From the NCBI GenBank assembly GCA_043228905.1, contig JBHGNT010000006.1, positions 16,244,001 to 16,308,000 of the forward strand: DNA of 64,000 bases. The letters are read 5' to 3'. The notes beneath the pieces were generated by a model that was given only the letters and a program-made list of their open reading frames with translations, was not told where the DNA came from and ran no database searches. How positions within the stretch are numbered: position 1 is the first letter of the stretch; every line of letters begins with the position of its first letter. Positions 1-11,595 of this stretch are shown here, piece by piece. The position numbers and the translations under genes were made by a program. The DNA comes from Azolla caroliniana. Its lineage: Eukaryota; Plantae; Polypodiophyta.

Positions 1-1872
1 TGTGAGGTGGGACTCTGTCTGTTGGTGTTGGGTGGTGAGACGGATGTACTCGGCAGAGAGTTCGGCGTGTGTTTGCACCGCGCGTTCCTGGTCGTGGTGC
101 CACGTTGTATGGGCTTGTTGGAACTCGTCAACAAGTTGTTGGTGTCGGGTTTGTGCCGCAAGCAGTTCTTGCTTGAGGAGGTCGTGGGAGGCAGCTTGGC
201 ATGCGTTGGTATGGAGGACGCTCCTCACTTCGGCGGCCAAGATCTCCTTTCGTGTAGAGGTCTCGTGTTGGTTGGTGGCAGCTTGTTGGGCTTGTGCATG
301 GACTTGAAGTAGGCAACGATTCACAACAGAAGTCATCTTGAGGAGGTCGGGCACCATGTCAGCTAAGGGTTTGGGGGGGTTGGCGAGGGACGGGTTAGGG
401 TGGGCCGTGACAGCAGTGAGCGGGGTAGAGCAGGGAACAGAAGTCATCTTGAGGAGGTCGGCCACCATGTCGGCTAAGGGTTTGGGGGGGTTGGTAAGGG
501 ACGGGTTAGGGTGGGCGGTGACAGTAGTGATTGGGGTAGAGCAGGGAACGGAGGCCGGGTGGGGTGGTGGTGGGGTTGTCATCTGGGTGAGAGTGATGGT
601 GGGGTGAGGGGTGACAACCGGGCTTGTGGGCGATGGCGGGTTGGGGCTCTCTGGAGGACGGAGGGGGTTTTCGGTGTTGGGGGTGTTGTGACGAGTGAGC
701 TTACGGGGTCGAGGTTGCGGTGTGTTGTCGGTGGTCGTGGGGGGTGATGGCTAGGTTTTTGTGCTAGGGGTGGTAGGTGGGGGTTCTTGGGGCACAGAGG
801 TTGGCGAGGTGGGGAGAGGTGGGGCTGCCGGGTTCTGTAGGTCACGAAAGATTGATTCGGTTGTGCAGCTACAGGTACGAGAGGTCGTGGTTGTGGTCTG
901 ATGTGACACATAGTGGAAAGTAATAGACAAGACCTAGATTTCGGTGGCAGTGAATTTGCTTGTCTGGAATTCCTTGACACGATTTGTGATATCCTCATGG
1001 GTATCGAGGGTAGCTTTAGTCGTCACGTGGGTGATCTGGGGTTGTCTGTGCGTTGGTGGCCATTCCCGTTCGCCTTGGTGTACCTGTCTTAGGAAGTTGT
1101 GTTCGGGGATGCCGAGCCTCTCGGGTTGGCCTGGTATGGTTATCTTGCGGTGTTGTTCCTGGCAGCGTATTAAGGGAGGGGTTGAAGGTCCGATGTTGAA
1201 CATTACGCACAAGTAACGAGTGAGGAACTGTGCGAAATTGACTGCCAATTTGGGCCGTGTTTGCCATTCTCGGACCCGTCGAACAAGCTCATGAGCCCAC
1301 TGGACCGGTTGAGGATCATGTGCCCACTTGAGGAACTCGCAGGTGATGTGGACGGTGGCATCGGTAGATGTGGTGTCGCCGATTTGGGCAATCGCGCTAC
1401 AACGGTCGTGGAGGTGGGGGGGAATTTAGGTGTAACGCCAACCTTCGCGTCCAGAATACTCGGAGTAGGTGGCGGGAATGACACCAGGGGTCTTCGTGGT
1501 GCAGAAGGGGACACCATCCGACAGTAAATGTAGCATGGCGCAAACGTCGGCGACGGTGAACTGGAATTTGACGGAGGGGTAATCCATGAAGGCGTGCATA
1601 TCAACGTGGCTTGTATCGGGGTTGTACCCTGTGAGGAATCGGTTGACCAACTCGGGTAGGACGCCCCATGGGCCAATCCCGAGGAAGAACTTGAGTCCAA
1701 GTCGGGAAAGGGTGTCGAACACGTCGGGTTCGAGGTACTTGAGTTGCGTAGCAGCCATGGGGACCCGGTAAGTACATCGGGTGTTGTTGAACACCGCCAG
1801 AATGACTAAGGAACCGCAACCTGTGTCAGGGTAGTACACGTGGAGGAGTTTGATGAGTTGAGGGGACGTCAT
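1..1872 (-). pseudogene. G1 extra 3' ORF (globular N-terminus, Pro/Thr-rich linker, coiled-coil-like C-terminus), frameshifted and running off the window
   Basis: ORF pieces 1426..1872 (LVNRFLTGY...FQFTVADVCAMLHL) and 934..1248. Positions 1-310 on the minus strand read as a Q/E/A/L-rich helical segment (…LLKQELLAAQTRHQQLVDEFQQ…). Same strand as pol and downstream of it. Confidence 0.6.
325..549. repeat. Tandem duplication, 2 x 111 bp (37 codons), inside the G1 extra ORF
   Basis: AACAGAAGTCATCTTGAGGAGGTCG begins at 325 and again at 436. Confidence 0.9.
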
Positions 1873-1995
1873 CGTTTACAAACTGCGGGAAAAAGATTAG
1901 TATAGTGAAATTGGGTGAACTAATCCCTATTGATGGGGTGGAGGGATGAGGGTTTGAAAGGGTAGCGGGTAGGGCATCTACTCGGACCGGTGGGG

Positions 1996-2568
1996 GGTTC
2001 GAGGAGTTAGGCCCCTCGAATCGGTGTGGGGTTCGAGGAGTTAGACTCCTCAAATAGGTGGGGGGTTCGGGGAGGCTAAGGGGGGGGTTCGAAGGTTTAG
2101 GTTCCCCGAACCGATGGGGGGTTAGAGGAGTTAAGCTCCTAGAACCAGGGTTAGGGGGTTCGAGGAGTAACCGGGGAGGGGTTCGAGGAGTTAAACTCCT
2201 CGAACCAGGGTTAGGGGGTTCGAGGAGTTAGGTTCCTCGAACCGATGGGGGGTGCGAGGAGTACCTCCTTGAACCGGCGAGGGGTTCGAGGAGTTAGACT
2301 CCTCAAACCAGGGGTAGGGGTTCGAGGAGTTAGGCTCCTCGAACCAGCGATGGTTCGAGGAGTTAGAATCCTCGAACCAGGGTTAGGGGGTTCGAGGAGG
2401 CTAAGGGGGGGTTCGGAGGGTTAGGCTCCTCGAACTGATGGGGGGTTCGAGGAGGACTTCCTTGAACCGGGGCGGGGGTGTGAGGAGTTAGACTCCTTGA
2501 ACTAGCGAGGGGTTAGAGGGCTCCTCGAACTAGGGTTAGGGGGTTCGAGGAGTTAGACTCCTCGAACC
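1996..2568. repeat. Array of about 17-19 degenerate hairpin units GGTTCGAGGAG-TTAGR-CTCCTCGAACC with short G-rich linkers
   Basis: Read directly; each full unit is an 11-bp inverted repeat. Confidence 0.9.
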
Positions 2569-2879
2569 GCCACGGGGGGAACTAAAAAATGATGAGGCTG
2601 CGTGGCCCGTTAATGGCCAGCGACGTGAGGAGGGGAGGAAACGACGTGGCCACCATGGGGGGACAAAGTGCATGGCGTTGGGGTGGACTGACGCAGGCGA
2701 GAAGATGAACGGAGGAACGAAAGGCATCAGGAAGGAGACACGGAAGAGAAAAGGCAAAGAGGAGGAGGCCTACCCGAGGAGTAGGTAGTCCAAATGTGCA
2801 GAAGGCCTTGGCGGTGGCAGGAGCAGGCGACGCGCGGGGTAGGAGCGTGAGCGCCGAGGGTGGGAGTGCGCCGAAAACA

Positions 2880-3310
2880 GAGATAGTCATGAGGGGGAGG
2901 AGCAAGGAAGGGTTGTGAGGAGAAAGAAGAAAAGACACTATAGAAAACAGAGAGGGTCGTGAGAGGGAGGAGGAAAGAGGAAGGGTTGTGAGGGGGAGGG
3001 TGGAAACAAGAAAAAAGAAAAGCAACCGGAGCTAAAAAAAGAGAGAGAAGGGGGGGGGGGGGAGGAAAAAGGGCGGGTTGTGAGGGGGAGGGGGAAAAAA
3101 GAAAAAAGAAAAGCAACCGGAGCTAAGTAGAAAGAGGGAGAGAGAGGGGGAGAGGAAAAAGGAACGAACCGAGACAACATGGGAACAAACAAGGAAAACG
3201 TGAAGCCAAAAAAAAAAAGTGACGCGAGGCAGTGAGAGAGGAAAAACAATCGAAGGAAGGGAATAGAACGCAGACAATGGCTAAAACAACCGAGCCGACC
3301 CCAAAAAAAC
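2880..3310. repeat. Purine-rich (plus strand) low-complexity tract with an internal near-duplicate (GGGTTGTGAGGGGGAGGG...AAAAGCAACCGGAGCTAA)
   Basis: A/G runs; the duplicated motif starts near 2982 and 3075. Confidence 0.75.
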
Positions 3311-4032
3311 AACGGGCAAAACGAAGGTTAGAACACCCGAGGTGACTATGTGGCATAGTACGAGCTGAACCCAAAATAACTCGACCGCCATAAATAATGA
3401 AAAATAATCCTTCATGGTACCCCTAGAATTAAAGGGTAACTCGACGAGACGTATACGCACCGGAGGGGGTTATGGTTTACCAGAGGTCGAGAGGGGAGGC
3501 GGGTCGAGTAATTGATGGTCGGGATGGTATAAGAGAGGGGGTGGTTTAAAAACTGCGAGGTGGCTAAGGTTTGTATGCGGACGGTAGGGTTGAACGGGGG
3601 TCCACAAGGGGTGTCGTGCGGGTTTGGGGAAATTAAGAGCTTTTGGCAAGACTTGAAGGGGTGAATGTGGGGGATGTGTTGCTCGAGTGTCGTCCGAGGA
3701 TCCAGGCCCGTGACGTGTTTGTCGAAGGGATGGGGAGGGTTTTGTGAAGCACTTTTATGGGGCGTTCGACCTCTTAGTTGTTTAGGCTTGTCGATTTCTA
3801 TGACCTTAACCTGGGTGGGATATTTGACCGATGTGTGCGATTTTCAGGTGTCCCATGTAGGCGTGGTATGATCGTGAGTGGGGAGCCGGCTTCGTTTGGG
3901 GACCCAAAAGCTAATGGCGCCTTTGTGCCAACCTTGTGTGGTTGTGAGTGTTTTTCTGACTCACCAAATGGCCTGTTCTCCACAATGTGGTCCTTCAGCG
4001 AAAACCGCATGGATGTTCACACATTTACGTGG

Positions 4033-4638
4033 TTAGGGTGTTTTTGTTCTGATGTTAGCATTGCGCTGGTCATGGATGGCCGGTGGGTGTTGGTGTTCTG
4101 TTTGGTTGGGCGACTCCGCACCTTGGGGTTCATCGAGGTCAGTGGGGCGTGATTCGAGTGTTGTTGCAATGAGGTTCTTGAACCTCACCCCATTTCCCAT
4201 TTGGAAGGAGACGATGTTCTTGCTGGGCGATAGGAGACATTCGCTTATGTGACACCAATCTAGGCCAAGGAGGCATTGTGTGTACATCACTTCGGGTGGG
4301 AGTACTCAAACTCAGATTGAGTGGTCGTTGTATTCTGTCTTGATGTTACACACGAAGGTTCCAAGGCAGCATGATGTGGAACCATCAAAGCCACGGAAAT
4401 TGTCGTTGCACACTCCGAGGTTTGGGCAACCTAGACGTCCCCATGTTTTGAAGGAGAAAAGGGTTAGTGATGCTCCTGTGTTGATTACCGCCATCAAAGG
4501 TATGTTGTCGGTGAAGCATTGTAGTTGTATTGCCCCTTCATTAGAGTTGACCGCCTTAGCCATGGCTGCCGGATGGGTGTCCCCTTGTCGCTTCAATTTC
4601 GCTTGCGCATTGCGAAGGTCAGTTTCGAGCCGGGCCAT
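4033..4638 (-). pseudogene. Second retropepsin-like (aspartic protease) domain downstream of the G1 integrase
   Basis: AVINTGASLTLFS ... FRGFDGS ... CLLGLDW. ORFs 4312..4638 and 4033..4290 share a frame with the integrase tail. Confidence 0.75.
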
Positions 4639-4680
4639 TCGGCCTTCGGATGCCTTATGTTTGGCTTCTACTTCTCATTG

Positions 4681-5790
4681 CCGAGCCGCGAGTAGAGCCT
4701 CGAGGGTGAGGGGTCCGTAGTAATGTTTGAGCTTGCTCCCATTGATGAATCCGGGGATATCGAGGCCTTCGAGCGTGCGTACATGACATGCTCTTGTCTT
4801 GGTAATCTATGAGACCACATGACATTGTGGGCCCTCACCACGGAATTTAAGCTTCTTCTTGTGTCGTTGAGAGGCGAATTTGAGGGCCATGTCCCCTTCA
4901 GCGAGATCTTTGTTCCTTACTTTGTTGTCGTGCCATACCTTTCTATTAGCTTTCTCTGCCAAGAGTGCTTGGAATGCGAGAAGGCAAGTTTCAGTCAGCC
5001 GTTCTAGGTTCTCTAGGCGTGACGGGAGGGGGTCCCCGTCCCATCATTCTTGTACGGCTATCCTAAGGTTGGAGACTAGGAACTCGATGGGTAATACCGC
5101 TTCTTGTCCATACACTAGTTTGAATGGTGTGTGGCGAGTTGCGACTTTGTAGGAAGTACGGAAAGCCCATACTGCCACTTGGAGTTTGGTGCTCCAATCA
5201 GACCGCGAGGCAACGATTATCTTTGTGAGCATTGCACATAACACCTTATTCGTGCTTTCCGCTTGCCCATTGCACCGAGGGTAATAAGGAGAACTCTTGC
5301 AGTGTGTCACCATAAATTCGCCTAGTAGATGTGCTATCACTTCGTTGAGGAAATGGAAGCCTTGATCGCTAATGATTTCAAGCGGACATCCAAACCTTGC
5401 TATGGCATTATCATATAGGAATTTGGTGGTGCTACGCGCGTCGGCATTAATGCAAGCTTTAGCTTCTACCCACTTGGTAGCGTAGTCAGTGGCGGTTATT
5501 ATGTATCAATTGAGGTTGGAGGTTGGGCTGATTGGGCCGATAAAGACGATACCCCATTTCTGGAATAGTTGCCATGCAACCACCGGGTTTAACGTATTGA
5601 AATATGCTTTTAGCAGGTGTTTGAAACGTTGGCACTCGTCACAACGGCGTACATAATCGTATGTGTCTTTGAAGAGTGTTGGCCACCATAGGCCGGATTG
5701 GAGGATCTTGCGCGCGGTGACCTCGTGATTGAAATGACCATTTCCACTTCCGCAATGAGCTTGTTAGAGGGTGGCGACGATGTCATGGTC
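4681..5790 (-). pseudogene. G1 integrase (HHCC zinc finger, core, C-terminal FINGSKLKHYY)
   Basis: GHFNHEVTARKILQSGLWWPTLFKD…CDECQ; SSPYYPRCNGQAESTNK; several premature stops. Confidence 0.9.
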
Positions 5791-6979
5791 TTACACACCT
5801 CTGAAGTAGATCATCGTTACCACGTTGGTACAAGTTGCCTCTAAGCATCGTGAAGGGGCCACATTTCTTTAACAAGACACGCGCATGTGCCCAGGTTAGT
5901 TGTTTTAGGAAGGACGCTCCTTCAGTTAAGATGCGAACATTGTCTGATGCCCATGCTGGTACAATGTCAGTCGTGAATAATGTTGCATCTGGCGCATCAT
6001 CGTCGACTCTAGTGGCTTCTTCTCCATTTGGTATTCGGGAGAAATGATCGGCGAGTACATGGTCTTTTCCTTTTCTCACCACTACCTTGAAGTCGAACTC
6101 GAGTAACGTTACGATCCATCGTGAGATGCTTCCGGTGGTGTGGGTTTTGTTTACCAAGTAGAGGAGGGCCTGATGATCTACAAAAAATGAGAATCGTGAT
6201 GCCAAGAGGTAGTGGCGGAATTTTTTTACGCTGTAAACCATGGCTAAAGCTTCTCGTTCCGTCGTGGAGTAATTTCGTTCCACGGTGTTCAGTTGACGAC
6301 TAGCAAAGGTGACCTGTAGGTCGAGTGCCCCTTCATCGGGTTGAGCTAGCACTGCACCAATTGTGAAGGGGGAAGGGTCGGTGTGAATGTGGAATTCTTT
6401 AGTCCAATCTGGGGGTCGGAGGATGGGGGCCTTAGTTAGGCACTCTTTCAAGAGCTTGAACGAGTGTGTGCACTCTTCTATCCAACTATATTGCTTTAGT
6501 AGGGCATAGAGTGGTCTGGCCTTGTCTTCGAACATCTTAATGAAGTGTCTATAGTAACCTGCGTATCCAATGAACCCTTGCAGTTGTTTCTCATTCGTGG
6601 GATGTGGCATTTCTAGGATGAGTTTTACCTATGCCTCATCGGTCGAGATCCCATGTCGGGACACAGATCCCATGTCGGGACACAACATGCCCTAATATTA
6701 ATCCATGCTTGACCTAGAACTGACACTTGAGTGGGTTGAGGGAGAGTTGATAGGCCCTGGATCTTTCGAACGTTGAGCGGAGTAGCGCTAGGTGGTCATA
6801 CCATTTCGAATGGCAACATAAGTCGTGGACGTAGGACTCCACCCCTTGTCGTAACCTTGCTGTGAAGATATGGTCCGCCGCTCTTTGGTAGGTGCTTAGG
6901 GCACTCGTGAGTCCGAAAGGCATCTGCTTATACGCGAACGTACCAAATTCGGTGGCGAAGGCCGTCTTGTGTTGATCCT
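5783..6979 (-). pseudogene. G1 RT C-terminal half and RNase H
   Basis: MPFGL, HTDPSPFTIGAVLAQ, NYSTTEREALA, VDHQAL. A 19-bp frameshifting duplication GATCCCATGTCGGGACACA lies at 6647-6684. Confidence 0.9.
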
Positions 6980-7317
6980 TGTTGAGATACAAGCTCAACA
7001 TTGGCCGGATCGGATGTGCAAGCCGAGAACCGGATCGGTTGGGACCGATCGGTTAGGCCTGACTGGTGCATAAACCGGGTGCATAAACTGTTATGCAAAC
7101 TAGTACGCAATGAGAGGCCGTAGCGGTGCGTAAACCGCGAGGCCGTTGTAAAGATATTCCGCGTAGGAATATATTTTGGGAGTTAGTGTAGAGCTCACTT
7201 ATGAGCATTGAAGTACGTGTTAGTACTTTTGTCAATCAGTATGGACTTGTATAAAAGTGTTGATTGAGCACATCCTATGTACAGACTGTGTATTATTTTT
7301 GAATTGAGTTTTGTGTG

Positions 7318-7368
<51 letters not shown>

Positions 7369-7453
7369 GCGTACTGTGTATATTCAAGCTCTCCATTAAA
7401 CCTGCGTTTTTGTGTTCGGTTTTCTATTGCTTCCGCACTCTATTTTGTTTACA
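6980..7453 (+). repeat. A 5' LTR (contains a (CT)n microsatellite)
   Basis: TG…CA termini, homologous to 42650..43110, TATAAAAG near 7250. Confidence 0.95.
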
Positions 7454-7465
7454 TGGTATCAGAGC
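7454..7465 (+). promoter_or_regulatory. A primer binding site (tRNA-iMet)
   Basis: TGGTATCAGAGC directly after the LTR. Confidence 0.95.
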
Positions 7466-7469
7466 GCGA

Positions 7470-7586
7470 TGTACCAAGACACGTAGTTGTTTCTGTTTAG
7501 TTTCTCTGTTGGAAGCGAGCTAGCCATGCCTCTATCCATTTTGTTTTTCCTATTCATTACGAAGGTTAGGTTTTCATCTTTGAGAT
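7470..7586 (-). pseudogene. Inverted fragment of A's 5' UTR and gag N-terminus
   Basis: The minus strand reads MDRGMASSLPTEKLNRNNYVSW, the family gag start, opposite to A's orientation. Confidence 0.85.
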
Positions 7587-7587
7587 C

Positions 7588-10500
7588 CTCATAGAGGAGA
7601 ACCACGTAGGTGCGTCGACGAGCACGCATGCCAACAACAAGATGCTGTACATAGAGGAAGATAGGCCCCGTGTTCGCGGCGGACGAGGCGAGTCGGTGCG
7701 CAATGGAAGAGGCCGACGGAATCATGGAAGAAGGCACCGGAGTGATGTGGATAGCAATTCCGGACCCTTTGGAAACAAGGGGAGTCGAGGCGACGAGAAC
7801 CGACAAGGAAAATCCACCACGGAATGCTCGTATTGTAGCAAGGAAGGCCACAAGGAGAGTGAGTGCTCGAAGAAGCACGCCGATTCGGAGAGGACCGGAT
7901 CCGGATCAGGTTTTGGACAAACTGACAAGGGTAATTGGCAGTGATCGCACTACACCGAAGGATCCGAAAAAGTCGGAAAGGGGGCAGCCTTCATGACGAG
8001 ACACGAAGTGAACTCGATGAACAAGACCACCTAGAAATCAGACGATGTGTGGTACGTGGACTCTGGCGCATCAAACCACATGACCGTGCCACAAGGAGTG
8101 GTTCTCATTCCTTGAGAAACTGATGCAATCAAGAGTAGTCACAATAGGAGACGACACTCCGCATCCGATCGAGAATGTCGGTGAAGTTCCCTTGAACCAT
8201 GTCAGGCAAAAAGGGAAACTCATGAACGTGTTACACGTCCCGACAATCACAAAGAATCTGGATTCGGTCGGGCAGATCGTCGACCAGGGGATGGAAGTCC
8301 GGTTCACACATCTTGGGTGCTTCATCGAGGAGGAAGGCCAAGTTATTGCGCAAGGGCGCAGAGACAGGAGGATGTTTATCCTCGACTTTAGTGACAGTCG
8401 CACCGCAATGTTCGCGAAAGGACAACAAGTCGAGTTGGATATCAACTTATGGCACAAGCGGATAGGCCACGTCAACTATCAATGGCTTTAGAACCTGCAA
8501 TCGAAATAGGTAGTGTTTGGATTGCCCAAATTTTGTAGCCGGAAGGCAAAAATTTGGGAAGCTTGCCAGGTAGGGAAGCAACACCGACTTCCTTTCCCTA
8601 ACGAGCGTAACCGGAGCCAGAACAAGCTTGACTTGATACATTCCGATGTATGGGGGCTGGCACAGGATGTTAGTCTTGGCGGGAGTCGATATTTCGTCTC
8701 CTTCATCGACGACTATACGCGGCACACGTGGATCTACCTCATTGAGAAGAAGAGTGAAGTCTTCAACTGTTTCTGGGACCTCAAGAGTTTCGCCGAAAGG
8801 GAAACAGGAAGAAACATCAAGTGCCTGCGGTCGGATGGCGGAAAAGAGTACTTTTCCGGTCAATTCAACGGGTATCTACAATAGATGGGAATTCGGCGTG
8901 AATTCAGTTGCAGATATATGCCGGAGCAAAACGGCGTGGTTGAAAGGAAAAATCGATCGGTTGTGGAAGCGGAACAGGCAATGCTATAAGAAAAGAGCTT
9001 GCCCAAGTTCAATTGGGCCGAGGTAGTACAAACTGCGGTATACATCCAGAATCAGATCGGAGACAAAGTGTCAGCGCATGAGCTGTATTTCGGAAGGAAG
9101 CCGAATCTACGACACTTGAAAGTTTTTGGTAGCATTGCGTATGTGCATGTGCCGAAGGAGAAACGAAGGAAGTTGGATGCGAAAGCTGAGAAGTGTATCT
9201 TAGTCGGCTATTCGGACAGGCAGAAGGGTTATAAGTGCTATTACCCCCGAACTAAACAAGCTCGCGTGAGCCGCAACGTTGTGTTTGACGAGTCCGCATC
9301 CTGGTACTTGCCTCTGACTCCGGACCTCAACTCCAATCCGAGTTTTGATGATGAGGTCAGTGAGGTTGAAGTGCCTCCATATGAGGGTGAAATCGAGACC
9401 CTCGAAGAGAGCCCAATCTCATTTCGGTTAATTGGACCGAATGGACGACTGAGTTGGTTTGACTAGTCCGAAGAAGAGCCGACGAGTAGTGGAGACTCGG
9501 TTGTGCATTCCCCGCGCGGGAAGCCGAGGAGACGGCTTACGCGCAAGGAAAAAGGGAAGAAGAAGGTGTCAGATTACGACATGGATAGGAACGAGTCGGA
9601 TCGACGCGAGTCTGACTCCGAGGGAAGCGATGACAGGTCTTCGAGAGCGAAGTCCGCATCGGCCAAGAAATCCTCAACATCGGTTAATGAGCAATGAGTA
9701 CAATGAGTACATGGCGCATCACTATGCATACATGACTTGTGTAGCGGAAGTGCGTGAGCTGGAGAGCTACGCAGAAGTGGTGAAGGACGCGAGTTGGCGT
9801 GCTGCAATGGAGGAAGAGATGCGTGCATTGGCGGAAAATGAAACCTAGGACCTGGTTGACGCACCGAAAGGTGTGAAGCCGATCGGATGTAGGTGGGTGT
9901 ACAAGGTCAAGTACAACACCGACGGCTTGGTCAACCGATACAAGGCCCGGTTAGTAGCGAACGGTTACGCGCAGAAGCACGGCGTGGACTGCGATGAGAC
10001 CTTTGCGCATGTTGCGAAGATGACGACTGTCCACGTTTTGCTCGCAGTAGCTACGGCGAAGGGGTGGCACTTACATTTGATGAATGTAAAGAATGCATTC
10101 CTGCAAGGTGAGCTTGAGGAACATGTGTACATGGTACAGCCCCCCAGATTTCACTCTGGAACGAACACCTCGGCGGTGTGCCATTTGAAGAAGTCCCTTT
10201 ACGGACTAAAGCAAGCCCCGCGTGCCTGGAACGCGAAGATCACGCAACGATTGCATCGGATGGGCTTTGCAACATCAAAATCGGACTCCTCACTGTTCAT
10301 CCGGAAAGGTCGACTTGGGCCTGTTAGCATTTTACTTTATGTTGATGACTTGGTCATCACCGGCACCGACCTATGTGAGATTGACCGCGTGAAGCTCCAG
10401 CTTGCGGCATCATTGGACATGAAGGATCTGGGGAACCTTCATTACTTCCTCGGGATCGAAGTGATCCGCACCCCCGAAGGCATACTGATTAGCCAACGTC

Positions 10501-11595
10501 ATTACGCGCTGAATATGCTCTTCAAGTTCGGGATGGCCGACTATAAGCCCATCTCCATGCCTCTTGATAGGAACGTGAAGCTTCGCCCCGATTCCGGGAA
10601 GGTATGCGACCCGACGAGGTTCCGACTGATAGTTGGAAGCCTTATATACTTGACCATCACTCGACTAGATCTCAGCTACCCAGTCGGGGTGATTAGTTAG
10701 TTCATGGCGCGACCTATCGAGGAGTACCTTTAGTGTGCGCAACGCATACTGTGGTACGTAAGCGGCACTAAGGACCGGGGGCTACTATATCGGACCGGTA
10801 CAACCCCGTAATTGGTCGGCTACACCGATGCCGACTAGATCGGCAATGTCGCCGATCGTCGATCCACGTCCGGTTTCGCGTTCTCTCTTGGGAGTGTCAC
10901 GATCGCATGGAGTAGCAAGAAGTAGCCGATAGTTGCGTTGTCAAGCACCGAAGCTGAGTATAGAGGAGCGGTTATCGCGACATGCGAAGCCATATGGTTG
11001 AAGCGGCTACTTAAGGATCTGCAGGTGGAGGTATTCGATCCAACAACAATCTACTGTGACAATCTCAGCAGCATCCAGCTAGCAAAGAACCCCGTCTTCC
11101 ACGCCCGGACTAAGGACATTCAGGTGCACTACCATTTCTTCCCTGAGCGTGTCCTCTCCGGTGAAGTTGAACTTCAGTATGTTCCGATGGGTCGGCAGAC
11201 CATTGACATCTTCACCAAGCCTCTTAGTCTGGACAAGTTGCGGCAATTCTCGGGTGCGCTTGGGTTGTGTCACCTTGACGTGCCGAACTTGAGGGGGAGA
11301 GACGTCCCGAATGACCACGGAAGGGGGAGAGAAGTTTCGGAAGACCGTGACGCCGAGTCGGATGATGAATTCGATTTGGAATTGGTTGAAGAAGCTGAGG
11401 GCGGATCCGTGGAAGATTCCGAAAGAGGATATAAGGGGAGCAGTCGAAAGAAAGAGCCGAAGTCAACCAAGCGTGGGGGAGATGAAGCCATCAAGGGCGA
11501 GAAGACTGAAGACGAGTTAGAGACAGCCAACTCGGACGAGAGAGAAAACCGATCGGAGGAAGCTGATTCGGTTCGGATATTTGATTCGGAGACGC
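7588..11595 (+). pseudogene. A gag C-terminus and pol (PR, INT, RT, RNase H, charged extension), with many stops
   Basis: CSYCSKEGHKESEC; WYVDSGAS; IHSDVWG; YKARLVA; LYVDDL; IYCDNLS; FHARTK. Confidence 0.93.

Noticed and set aside
2147-2542. TTAGGG telomere-like motifs
   Set aside because: Isolated single copies within array linkers, not tandem.
1996-2568. CRISPR-like appearance of palindromic repeats with linkers
   Set aside because: Linkers are about 5-12 nt, G-rich and recurrent rather than unique spacers; no cas genes; the array lies inside a plant retrotransposon.
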